Shown here: positions 10,590-19,144 of the stretch, in pieces
How positions within the stretch are numbered: the stretch's first letter is position 1
How the letters are laid out: every line of letters begins with the position of its first letter
NCBI GenBank assembly: GCA_039795775.1
Contig: JBDKLC010000005.1
Coordinates: 185,624-249,623 of the forward strand
From: Candidatus Parcubacteria bacterium
Lineage (GTDB): Bacteria; Patescibacteriota; Minisyncoccia; Phycocordibacterales; CAIZLB01
Direction of reading: 5' to 3'
Length of the DNA stretch: 64,000 nt
Position numbers and translations under genes: made by a program
The notes under the pieces: generated by a model
The model's input: the letters and a program-made list of their open reading frames with translations, nothing else
Told to the model about the DNA's origin: nothing
Databases searched by the model: none

Positions 10590-11101
10590 TAGCTTCGAGC
10601 TTTAACTTTGATCTGCTCTACAGCATTGTTGAAACCAATTGGTGTGAGAGATGCGCCTGATACGTTGCCAAGTTTGAGACTTGCGATACTTTTGCCAACT
10701 ACTTGTGCTTTGAATCCAGAAATGAATTTAGCCTGAAGATCTTTAGAAATTGGGTTGATAGCTTTTGCTGTAACTGTAGCGTCTGTTACTACATCGCCTT
10801 TGAGCACGAGACTTACATCAATACTTTCAGCGCCAGCTGGTGACTTGTATGAGCCAGAAGCTGTGTATGTGCCATCTTTGTATGATTGAGTACTTTTTGG
10901 CTTGTCAGCTGGTGTTGTTGTAGGAGCCGATGTTCTAGAAGAAGTAGTTGTTGAAGATGTTGTTGCAGTTGCACCAGCTGAAGTAGTGTTATCAATTATA
11001 GGAGTAGGTGTTGTTGTAGACTGAGGTCGTGTTGAATACATACCTGCAATAATAAGTGCTGCTACCACGATGATTCCGATATATGTTTTCTTTGAATTCA
11101 T
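10589..11101 (-). CDS. Membrane-anchored extracytosolic FMN-binding (flavinylated) protein
   Basis: TM helix, T/S-rich linker, YKDGTYT start of FMN_bind domain, VSGASLT flavinylation motif; overlaps apbE. Confidence 0.88.
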   Translation of the reverse strand: MNSKKTYIGIIVVAALIIAGMYSTRPQSTTTPTPIIDNTTSAGATATTSSTTTSSRTSAPTTTPADKPKSTQSYKDGTYTASGSYKSPAGAESIDVSLVLKGDVVTDATVTAKAINPISKDLQAKFISGFKAQVVGKSIASLKLGNVSGASLTPIGFNNAVEQIKVKARS

Positions 11102-11166
11102 TGTTTCTAAATGTCTAAATTAACTAAATTTGTTGTGTTGATTATACCGAATAGCCCAGATTTTGG

Positions 11167-11823
11167 CTAATCAGGCATTTTTTCTCCTTCATCTCGCCAC
11201 TCGATTATCTTGCCGGACTTACGTTCCATGCGGTCAGCCCTTCGGAGGTGGCGTTTGTTTTTTGATGGGAGGTAAGGGAAGTGAGGAGACTTGTCGACTA
11301 CGGCTGCGAGATCAAAGAGCTCTTCTTCTGTTGTGAGCCACTCTGTACCAAATCGTTTGAGGTTGATGGGACGTGAATAGCTTTGGAGGACTTTGTCGCC
11401 TGTCGTATTCACAAAATATTCATGAAAATATGACATGGCAAGTTCTCTCACTGTGCGATATACAGGATCACGAAATCGTACGGTCGTATGATTTGTTTTT
11501 GAAATTGCTCCCCAGAATCCGTTTATTTTGTACAACGCAACGCAGTGATCATCATCGTAGGGATACGCTTTCATATTCATAATAAGTGGTTCATGCCCGT
11601 GGAGCCACAGTGTAGCTGCCGCAAAAAGTGCTGCTTCCATACAGTGCGCCTTTTTGTGACGGAGTACACGACGCGGAGACATGTTTGTCTCGCCATCATA
11701 TTCAAAATTGATAGAAAGCGTATCAAGAAAATCTTGTATTTGTATTGGCGTAGAAAGCGACTGCAATTTTTTCAGTTCTGATGCATTGAATATTTCTTTG
11801 GCGATTTTTTGAAACGATGACAT
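11167..11823 (-). CDS. Conserved hypothetical protein, transglutaminase-like Cys-His fold
   Basis: SPRRVLRHKKAHCMEAALFAAA and DDHCVALY motifs. Confidence 0.65.
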   Translation of the reverse strand: MSSFQKIAKEIFNASELKKLQSLSTPIQIQDFLDTLSINFEYDGETNMSPRRVLRHKKAHCMEAALFAAATLWLHGHEPLIMNMKAYPYDDDHCVALYKINGFWGAISKTNHTTVRFRDPVYRTVRELAMSYFHEYFVNTTGDKVLQSYSRPINLKRFGTEWLTTEEELFDLAAVVDKSPHFPYLPSKNKRHLRRADRMERKSGKIIEWRDEGEKMPD

Positions 11824-11904
11824 GTCTTTCTATTTTACAGTATTTATAACAGAAAACCCCAGCAGAGCTCGAGTCTCTGTGGGGTATTTTGGATGGTTGG
11901 GTGA

Positions 11905-12207
11905 TTACCAAATTAAGTCGTGGCGGCCTTCTTTCCGCTTGAGCCAAAGTGGAGCATCGTGCAGCCAGTCATAGTCATGTAGGCGTGCGTATCCATTTTT
12001 GTCTTGAATGCTTACGGTAGTGGCGATGCCTACTTTTTCAGGTTCTTTGAAAAAAGGGTTGGAGCCTCCCATAATGAGAATTCCTTCCCAGGCTTCTTCC
12101 GCAGTGCGACCGCGGGTTGTAGTTATTTTTTTGGGATCGTCAGATGTTGGTTTCTCTCTATACCCAAAGGTCCAGAGAGGGAACGTGTCGTCGGGATAGA
12201 TGGGCAT
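11905..12207 (-). CDS. Hypothetical protein (orphan)
   Basis: 100-aa ORF followed by a terminator at about 11851-11889. Confidence 0.55.
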   Translation of the reverse strand: MPIYPDDTFPLWTFGYREKPTSDDPKKITTTRGRTAEEAWEGILIMGGSNPFFKEPEKVGIATTVSIQDKNGYARLHDYDWLHDAPLWLKRKEGRHDLIW

Positions 12208-12336
12208 AGGTGCTTTCTTGTTGAGTTTCTTCTAGTATCAAAATACGTTAAATAATCAGATTTGTCTAGGTTAAAAGAAAAGGCGCCCGAATCCGCGAGG
12301 ATTCGTGCGCCTTGATTGCTGGAGTGTTTCCAGTGG

Positions 12337-12906
12337 TTACTTCTTGGCCTGGGTGTTCTGATTGGACGTGGTGTTTTGACTGTAGGTCAGGAGCATAGTC
12401 CCGTCGGCTTGTGGCTCCCTATTTATCCTCATATCTTTGCGTTGATCTTCGGATAAAGACATGAGCCACTCTTGTATGCTTCTAAAGTCAGCAGACTTTT
12501 TCTTTTCGTCCATAAGCCTTACGACAAAGGTTTTGACACCTTTTGGGGTCGCCGCTTCCTTGATTTCATCAGAGGCTGGTTTGTTTTCGCCTTTGACGTT
12601 CTGCTTGAACGTGACCTTGTAATTGAAAATCACGAGCACGCTGCCGTCGGCTCGGGCCACCGAGCTTCGGCTGATGACCTCGCGGTTGGTCTCGGGAAGA
12701 CCCGCGAGCCATTCGTTGATGTCATTGAGCTCGGCATCGATGCCTTGGGCGTCCTTGGCGGTCAGGACAAAGGCCTTGATGCGTTCGGAGGTCGTCGTTT
12801 GCTTGACTTGTTCGAAGCCTGGTAGATCTTCGTTGCCGCCCGCTTGGACGTTTGAGGCAGTGAAGCAGAGTGCCAGACTGAGAAGTATTGAATAGATGGT
12901 TTTCAT
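12337..12906 (-). CDS. Secreted hypothetical protein with two internal ~55-aa repeats
   Basis: Signal peptide ending VQA; repeats IKAFVL..INEWL..ADGSVL and VKTFVV..IQEWL..ADGTML. Confidence 0.7.
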   Translation of the reverse strand: MKTIYSILLSLALCFTASNVQAGGNEDLPGFEQVKQTTTSERIKAFVLTAKDAQGIDAELNDINEWLAGLPETNREVISRSSVARADGSVLVIFNYKVTFKQNVKGENKPASDEIKEAATPKGVKTFVVRLMDEKKKSADFRSIQEWLMSLSEDQRKDMRINREPQADGTMLLTYSQNTTSNQNTQAKK

Positions 12907-12960
12907 GGATTGTATGTGTATAGTAGCTGTGTTTTTGGATCACAACTCAACAAGAGCGTT

Positions 12961-13009
12961 GAGCTGCATCTGAGAAGGCAGACAATGTCTGCGCTCTCAG
13001 ATGCAGCTC
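12961..13009. repeat. Long inverted repeat in the 5' leader of 12337..12906
   Basis: gagctgcatctgaga / tctcagatgcagctc (15 bp perfect) plus inner gcagaca/tgtctgc. Confidence 0.85.
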
Positions 13010-13126
13010 TTTTCCATCTATATTCTATATAATGTACTTTACCTATATTATTATATCACAATATGCTGTTTTGTCAAACTAGATTTAAACAAAAATCGTC
13101 CATATTTCTATGGGCGATGTTTATTT

Positions 13127-13552
13127 CTAACTTTTCATTGGTTCTACCTGGAAGTTGAGCATCCACTCTACACCGTACTTGTCAGTCACTACACCGAAGA
13201 TAGCACCCCAGAATGTTGGTTCTGGTGCCATGAAAACGTTGCCGCCTTCTGAAAGCTTTGCAAAAATGTCTCGAAGCTGCTGTTCACTTTCTAAGTTGAG
13301 TGACATACCTACGTTGTCTCCGATAGTTGCTTTGTCTTGCATCATGTCCATTCCTACGAAAGTGATTGGGCCTGCTGTAAGAATAGAATGCATAATGTTG
13401 TTCTGCTTTTCTTCTGGCATATCTTTTGCCATTGGAGAATCTTTCACAAGCATAGTTTCGAGCGTGCCTCCAAATACTGATGTATAAAAATTCATACCTT
13501 CTGTACCTTTGTTATCGTTGAAACGAATGAACGGTGTAAGTGTTGTTGTCAT
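13127..13552 (-). CDS. VOC/PhnB family protein
   Basis: LTPFIRF, FYTSVFGG, IMHS, FWGAIFGVVTDKYGVEW motifs. Confidence 0.9.
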   Translation of the reverse strand: MTTTLTPFIRFNDNKGTEGMNFYTSVFGGTLETMLVKDSPMAKDMPEEKQNNIMHSILTAGPITFVGMDMMQDKATIGDNVGMSLNLESEQQLRDIFAKLSEGGNVFMAPEPTFWGAIFGVVTDKYGVEWMLNFQVEPMKS

Positions 13553-13639
13553 GGTATGCATTCTAATACAAAAGTTGTAAAAACGAAAAACCACCACCCA
13601 CATTCATGGATGGCGGCATCGTGAATGGGGAAGTGGCTG

Positions 13640-13810
13640 TTAGCCTGCGGTCTTTGGAGATCCGCTTGGTTTTTTGGCGAGCTCGTGTATGAGTCGCATC
13701 AGTTCGATAGTGCGACGAGCATGTTCGCTTGGTGAAAGCTGAGGTGCGATTACTCGAACCTTAAATCCACAGCGATGAAACTCTCGCACAACTACATATC
13801 CTGGTTGCAT
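13640..13810 (-). CDS. Small hypothetical protein (56 aa)
   Basis: GGAG RBS before ATG 13810; TTGACC-N16-TATAAT promoter at about 13871-13898; terminator at about 13585-13637. Confidence 0.55.
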   Translation of the reverse strand: MQPGYVVVREFHRCGFKVRVIAPQLSPSEHARRTIELMRLIHELAKKPSGSPKTAG

Positions 13811-13907
13811 AGGTTGTTTCTCCAGTTGAGGTTGTTGTTGCGTACTGACAGAAGTATCAGTCCGTATGGTATTATACAATCAATTTGTATAAGGTCAAGT
13901 ATTGGGT

Positions 13908-14216
13908 TTATTTTTTGGATCGAGATCCGAGAATGTATTTTTGTGATGGACTCAGTGCTTTATCTTTTCTATGAGTACAACCAATCCAACAGCATGGACG
14001 TCGTTTGCCGCCTTTGAGTTCTGAAGCCGTTCGCATGACATGCTCTTTTCTTTTTTCTGGAGTCTTTACTGACTGTACCCAGCAAATCCATTCGTTGCGA
14101 GCAAGGGGAGTGATATCTTCCCATGCTGCTAGGGCTTTTTTATCTGCAAGGAGAACTTTTTTGAGATCAGCTGGGAGTGGGTGAGCTACACCACTAGAGA
14201 TACTTGTTTTGATCAT
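13908..14216 (-). CDS. YdeI/OmpD-associated family protein
   Basis: LPADLKK, WEDITPLARNEWICWV, KRRPCCW motifs. Confidence 0.85.
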   Translation of the reverse strand: MIKTSISSGVAHPLPADLKKVLLADKKALAAWEDITPLARNEWICWVQSVKTPEKRKEHVMRTASELKGGKRRPCCWIGCTHRKDKALSPSQKYILGSRSKK

Positions 14217-14227
14217 ATACAGTTGAG

Positions 14228-14656
14228 TTATACAACCGGTACAAATTCAATAAGCCATTCAATACCGTACTTATCTCGTAGCATGCCAGCATAACTACCC
14301 CAAGGACTATCACCCATAGGACCTTCTACTTCGGCGCCATCTGAAAGACCATTAAAAATAGCATCTGCTTTTTCCTTAGTGTCTGCATTGATCACAATTT
14401 TACTTCTGTTTTCTTTTTCGTTTACGGTACCCATAAATGAAGGGATATCATTTCCCATGAGTACACTATTTGGACCGATAGGAAGGCTTATGAGCATGAG
14501 CTTGTTTGCTTCTGCCTCCGGAATCTGAACCTCTGCACTGGCAATGTCTTTGAACCGAACCGTTTTTGTAAATTCACCGCCGAATATTGATTTATAAAAA
14601 GTAAACGCTTCTTCGGCATTACCGTTAAAGTTGATCCAAGGGTTGATAGTTGTCAT
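14228..14656 (-). CDS. VOC/PhnB family protein (second paralogue)
   Basis: INPWINFNGNAEEAFTFYKSIFGG, SPWGSYAGMLRDKYGIEW motifs. Confidence 0.9.
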   Translation of the reverse strand: MTTINPWINFNGNAEEAFTFYKSIFGGEFTKTVRFKDIASAEVQIPEAEANKLMLISLPIGPNSVLMGNDIPSFMGTVNEKENRSKIVINADTKEKADAIFNGLSDGAEVEGPMGDSPWGSYAGMLRDKYGIEWLIEFVPVV

Positions 14657-14663
14657 GTGCTAA

Positions 14664-14843
14664 TCATACCGTGGTATAGAGTATTTTCAACTTTTGTAGA
14701 CCTCGATGAATGATCACCGCTATGGTGTTTTCTCGCTGTCCTGTAATAACTGAAATTTCTCTCAAAGAAAGTCCATCAATATATTTCATTGTAAGAAGTT
14801 TTTGGTATGAGATGGGCAAAAAGCGAAGGAGAAGTATTGGTGG
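14664..14843 (-). pseudogene. Remnant of an ECF sigma factor (region 4 only)
   Basis: Manual translation LPISYQKLLTMKYIDGLSLREISVITGQRENTIAVIIHRGLQKLK; frame closed upstream by TAA at 14844-14846. Confidence 0.75.
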
Positions 14844-14918
14844 TTACTCCTTCTCCTTGCGGTGATTATCAGTTACTACGTATATCGTCAGTATAAAAAA
14901 GACGAATATAGAAAGTAG
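14832..14918 (+). pseudogene. C-terminal membrane-anchor remnant of a lost gene
   Basis: KYWWLLLLLAVIISYYVYRQYKKDEYRK-stop, with an in-frame TGA and no start codon upstream. Confidence 0.5.
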
Positions 14919-14944
14919 CTTATAGCACTGCACATAGTTCGGTA

Positions 14945-14988
14945 CAAAAAAGCAACACCTCGAATATATGCCGAGGTGTTGTTTTTTG
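14945..14988. terminator. Bidirectional terminator
   Basis: aaaaaagcaacacctcg ... cgaggtgttgtttttt. Confidence 0.75.
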
Positions 14989-14990
14989 TA

Positions 14991-15560
14991 TTATTTTTTT
15001 CGCTTAATGAACCCAGTCATGAGAGAGTTCGTACAAATCATGGCGATTGAATGGAAGGTTGTAGCTATGTTGTATGTTTGGAGTGAGAAAAGGGTGAGAA
15101 CATGTCGAGCAACATTCATTTCGTAGAGCAATGGTTTTTCTGATTGTGGGTGAGCCCATGTTTTTCGTAGTGTTGGAATAAACGCAATGATATCAATGAG
15201 AACAACTATGACTACAGAAATTGTCGGATCTTTTGTCAGTGCCCACGGAATGAGGCCGAGAAGACAAATGGCGAGGAAGTAATTATCTATAGTTCGAATA
15301 TGGCCAGCTTTTCCTTGAAATAGATGCTTAAGAGAAAATAAAAAAATAATGATGGTAAATCCTTCAGCAATTCCTGTTGGAAGTGCACCTATACCAGCTC
15401 CTTTTGCGAGGCCACCAAAAAATGTTGTCATTGATACGATAGACCACACAAGCCATGTGTATGGATGTGGCTGAACTCGTCCTTTAAACACATCTTTGAG
15501 ATACGAAATATTACCAACAAAGGCGAGAACTGCTGCAATAATGGCGATAGTTTCTTTCAT
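14991..15560 (-). CDS. Multi-pass membrane protein (paralogue of 54856..55446)
   Basis: YLKDVFKGRVQPHPYTWLVWS and PTLRKTWAHPQSE; about 6-7 TM. Confidence 0.75.
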   Translation of the reverse strand: MKETIAIIAAVLAFVGNISYLKDVFKGRVQPHPYTWLVWSIVSMTTFFGGLAKGAGIGALPTGIAEGFTIIIFLFSLKHLFQGKAGHIRTIDNYFLAICLLGLIPWALTKDPTISVVIVVLIDIIAFIPTLRKTWAHPQSEKPLLYEMNVARHVLTLFSLQTYNIATTFHSIAMICTNSLMTGFIKRKK

Positions 15561-15587
15561 GAAAAAATGCGTAAGGAATTTTTATGT

Positions 15588-16064
15588 TTAATTGAGAATC
15601 CAGATTGAATAGTTGAGATAAGAAGCAAAACTTACCCAGAGAATGTAGGGGAGGAGAAGCCACATTGCTGGTTTCGAAATTTTGTAAAAAAGTGTCATGG
15701 TCCAAACTATTGCGAGCCACATTGCCACGATATTTACCAAAGCCCACCCTGGGCTCTGTAGTCCAAAGAATACAATTGACCAGGCTGCATTGAGTACGAG
15801 TTGTAGACTAAATATGCTTATTGCTTTTCGTACATCGTATCGGTCAAAGCCTTTTTTCCAAACAAGAAAGAGAGCAATACCCATGAGAGCATAGAGTGTT
15901 GTCCACACAGGTCCAAAGACCCAACTTGGAGGGTTGAGAGTTGGTTTAGTAAGTGTGGCGTACCAAGTTGGAATTGCTGATATCGAAAATACTGAACCAA
16001 TAAGACCAGCAAGTTCACAAATAATAATTGCACCAACTAGTTTGAGAATGGAATGTGATTTCAT
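15588..16064 (-). CDS. tspO: TspO/MBR tryptophan-rich sensory protein
   Basis: WYATLTKPTLNPPSWVFGPVWTTLY, LLLPYILWVSFASYLN motifs. Confidence 0.95.
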   Translation of the reverse strand: MKSHSILKLVGAIIICELAGLIGSVFSISAIPTWYATLTKPTLNPPSWVFGPVWTTLYALMGIALFLVWKKGFDRYDVRKAISIFSLQLVLNAAWSIVFFGLQSPGWALVNIVAMWLAIVWTMTLFYKISKPAMWLLLPYILWVSFASYLNYSIWILN

Positions 16065-16173
16065 AATAATAAGTATACTCTAAAATATTAAAACATTTCC
16101 AGATAAATATAAAAAACAGAAAACCTACCATCGCTCGACAGTGGTTTCTGTGGAGGGATGGTGGGGGTGTGTT

Positions 16174-16506
16174 TTAACCGAAGTGGGGCTTGACCATTTC
16201 TGGAATTTCCACGAGGATTTCCGCATCATTTTTTCCTTTCGTCTCGTAACGTTCATCGGTAAAAATTGCGATATCCTTCATGTTTTTAAGTTTAGGTAAA
16301 ATCCAGCCAATAACATCTTCTGGCGCTGGAGCCGCCTCTGCGAACAAGACGAACAAGTGAGGGTGAGACGGCACATGATGAAATCTGCCATCGTGTTCGT
16401 GTATAAACTCAAATGCCAATTCGGTCCATGTAAGAGTTTCTTGAGACCAAGGGGCTGTTAAGTGCTTAAAAACAACGAGTGCTAATGTTGTAGATTGGGT
16501 TGGCAT
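16174..16506 (-). CDS. Hypothetical protein (orphan)
   Basis: 110-aa ORF with downstream terminator at about 16118-16166. Confidence 0.55.
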   Translation of the reverse strand: MPTQSTTLALVVFKHLTAPWSQETLTWTELAFEFIHEHDGRFHHVPSHPHLFVLFAEAAPAPEDVIGWILPKLKNMKDIAIFTDERYETKGKNDAEILVEIPEMVKPHFG

Positions 16507-16546
16507 GAATCGGGATTCCTTTCTCGTGATTGGTGTTTAGTTTGAG

Positions 16547-16855
16547 TTACTGAGGAAAATTCGTATTGAACCGTGTAAACACCAAGACCATTGGCATAAA
16601 ATCCATTACCTTATCTTGCGGGATGGGGCTGTCCAAGAGAGCCGCAGGAAAGTGTTCGAGCATGACTGTAGCCATAACGCCGAAAGCCTTGCATTGAGCG
16701 ATAATATCGATCTTGATTCTCTGGAGGGCAAGTTCAGCAAGTAATTCGCTTGGCTGTGCCGTTGCAAAGTCACCGACAGGCTTGATTGTCTTTTCGGCGG
16801 CTTCGATTTGTGTGGGGGTAATTACGCGAGTAGTGAGAAATTCACGGTATGTCAT
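16547..16855 (-). CDS. Hypothetical protein (orphan)
   Basis: ORF from ATG 16855 after an A/C-rich leader. Confidence 0.55.
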   Translation of the reverse strand: MTYREFLTTRVITPTQIEAAEKTIKPVGDFATAQPSELLAELALQRIKIDIIAQCKAFGVMATVMLEHFPAALLDSPIPQDKVMDFMPMVLVFTRFNTNFPQ

Positions 16856-17028
16856 TGTGTATTTTATTGTATGTTTTTTTGTGCTTGTTGAAATAGTTGT
16901 CTGGTAACACGATACCATTAAATTATAAAAAGTAAATGGTTCGAAAATAAAATATGAAAGATAAAAAAAGAGCCGTACCTGCTGTTACGGGTACGGCCTT
17001 TTTTTTTACTCTCGATATCTGCTGATAT

Positions 17029-18063
17029 TTAGAGAGTCACTTCACCAACGAAGTTTGTTCCGATAACTGTTCGGAGTGCTTCAGATGAGTTGTGTCCTTG
17101 TGCGAGCGCCCACATGAATTTTACTTGAGCGCTGACATCGGTCATATCGAATGTGCCGATGGCTCCTGCTTCGAGGGCTTCCTTGCCTGGCTCATATAAG
17201 TCCATTCGTGTGTTGCCACCGACGAACTTTGTCGAAACCAGAATTGGAATGCCAAGATCTTTGGCAAGTCTGATGACAGGAATCAGTGAGTAGTCGTCGA
17301 GGCTTGGGACATTACCCGCACCAAGTGACTTCAGAAGCAGGCCTCTGCATGTTCCAGATCGCAAGACGACCAAGAGCATGCTCGGTTCGATTCCTGGGAC
17401 CAAATCCACAGTGAGAATGCCTCTTTGAAAGTGAGGCCTTAGATCAATCAGTCCGTTTCCACTTCTCACTTGAGCATGAGGATGGAAAGTCACTCCAACT
17501 GCAGTGATGTGTGCCAGGTCTGGATAGGCTGGTGACTCGAATGCAGTGAATCTCGCTTCACTCGATTTGATTGCTCTGCTTGCACGGAGCACCCGATCAT
17601 GAAAGACAATCATCACTTCACTTATGCGCAGTTCTATTGCGGCTTGCACTGCTTTCATCGCATTTTCAAGGTTGAACCTTGCATCCGTCCCGAACTCGAC
17701 CAAAGGCAATTGCGCTCCAGTAAAGACGATTGGGATGGGGGGCTTGCCACCGAGGGCAAAAGACACGGCTGTGGCTGTGTAAGCCATAGTGTCAGTTCCG
17801 TGGGTGATAATCATACCATCGTAGCCTATGTAATTTTCTGCGATCTTCATGGCCAACATGGTCCAATGACTTGGATTCACATTGGTGCTATCGATGTTGA
17901 GAACTTGCATCAAGGTTAGATCTTCATTATTTCCCAGCGATGGGACGATTGCCAGCATATCTTCGATTGATTTTGCTGGGACGAGAACATTGCCTCGTGA
18001 AGGATCGGGGACCATAGCTATGGTGCCTCCAAACCCAATTATCAGTATTTTCTTTTTGTTCAT
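17029..18063 (-). CDS. ansA: Type I (cytoplasmic) L-asparaginase
   Basis: GGTIAM, IDSTN, THGTDTMAY, TGAQ, LGAGNVP motifs. Confidence 0.92.
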   Translation of the reverse strand: MNKKKILIIGFGGTIAMVPDPSRGNVLVPAKSIEDMLAIVPSLGNNEDLTLMQVLNIDSTNVNPSHWTMLAMKIAENYIGYDGMIITHGTDTMAYTATAVSFALGGKPPIPIVFTGAQLPLVEFGTDARFNLENAMKAVQAAIELRISEVMIVFHDRVLRASRAIKSSEARFTAFESPAYPDLAHITAVGVTFHPHAQVRSGNGLIDLRPHFQRGILTVDLVPGIEPSMLLVVLRSGTCRGLLLKSLGAGNVPSLDDYSLIPVIRLAKDLGIPILVSTKFVGGNTRMDLYEPGKEALEAGAIGTFDMTDVSAQVKFMWALAQGHNSSEALRTVIGTNFVGEVTL

Positions 18064-18209
18064 CTAGTCGGTTCCTTTCGTGTTTTGTTGTTTGTGTGCA
18101 TGATTTTTACTACGGAATTTTTATCATAAATTGTCAACAATTGCAAAGAACCTATGTCTCGCAGCTAAAGTAGCAAGACATAGTTGTCTGGTAGTAATAG
18201 TGAAGTTAC

Positions 18210-18443
18210 TTACTTCAAATTTTGTATACCCCCACCATCTGTAACTTTATGAAAACCAGCTTGTTCCAAAAGATGTTTGGCAACTTGTGAGCGACGTCCT
18301 GATCCGCAGTAAACAGTAATATCGAGATCTGTATCAATATTCGGCAACATACCATTCATCATATCGTGCACATCAATATTGATAGCCCCAGAAATGTGTT
18401 CAGCGTCATATTCTTCTTTTGTTCGGACATCGATGATGATCAT
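18210..18443 (-). CDS. Single-domain rhodanese
   Basis: IIDVRTKEEY, HISGAINI, YCGSGRRS motifs. Confidence 0.92.
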   Translation of the reverse strand: MIIIDVRTKEEYDAEHISGAINIDVHDMMNGMLPNIDTDLDITVYCGSGRRSQVAKHLLEQAGFHKVTDGGGIQNLK

Positions 18444-18447
18444 ACAA

Positions 18448-19026
18448 TTATTGTATTTCTGTAAGCACTCCGTTTTTCCATATGTAGTACGTGTATGTTT
18501 TCTGTTTTGTTTTAGAATCTGTCATATATGAGCTTAGCGTTTGCGGTTTGTCTTGTTCAATAGATAGATTCTCTAAGTAGCTCAACTCGAGGTTGTATTC
18601 AAATTGTCGCTCTTGCTTATCATAGAGAAATACAAGCGTTTGTACGAAATAATCAGGACCTACATCGTTTGTGATAGCAAGGTCATTGTATCCGTCGAAG
18701 TTGTAGTCTTTGGCTACTTGTATCATGTTTTTGTCTGGTGCTCCGAGGTCGGGATCCCCAGCAATGTGATGGTCATATGCGTCTTTATCAGAATTTGCAT
18801 AAATACCTTGAGTCACGCCACCTTCTATGAGTAGATTATTGAAATCGCATGAATAATGAAGTGTTACGGGAATATCCTTTGTGACATTTCCATAAAAAGT
18901 ATAGTAAGGAGTACTTGCAAATGACTGCTCACACGGATGTCGCTGCGCGTAATAGGGAAGCGCCACTTTTGCGCCGACTACAATGATGAGTATAACTATT
19001 GCAATAAGAAGATATATTTTTTTCAC
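18448..19026 (-). CDS. Hypothetical exported protein
   Basis: N-terminal TM from GTG 19026; FG-GAP-like DYNFDGYNDL motif. Confidence 0.65.
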   Translation of the reverse strand: MKKIYLLIAIVILIIVVGAKVALPYYAQRHPCEQSFASTPYYTFYGNVTKDIPVTLHYSCDFNNLLIEGGVTQGIYANSDKDAYDHHIAGDPDLGAPDKNMIQVAKDYNFDGYNDLAITNDVGPDYFVQTLVFLYDKQERQFEYNLELSYLENLSIEQDKPQTLSSYMTDSKTKQKTYTYYIWKNGVLTEIQ

Positions 19027-19144
19027 GATGTGTGGGTGTCGAGGAGCATATTGATAATGTATATATAAGTATAACAAATCCAGTTGCTCTTTTTTTTATA
19101 TGATTCATAATAATGTAATAAAAAATATTTAAATATTAACAGTA

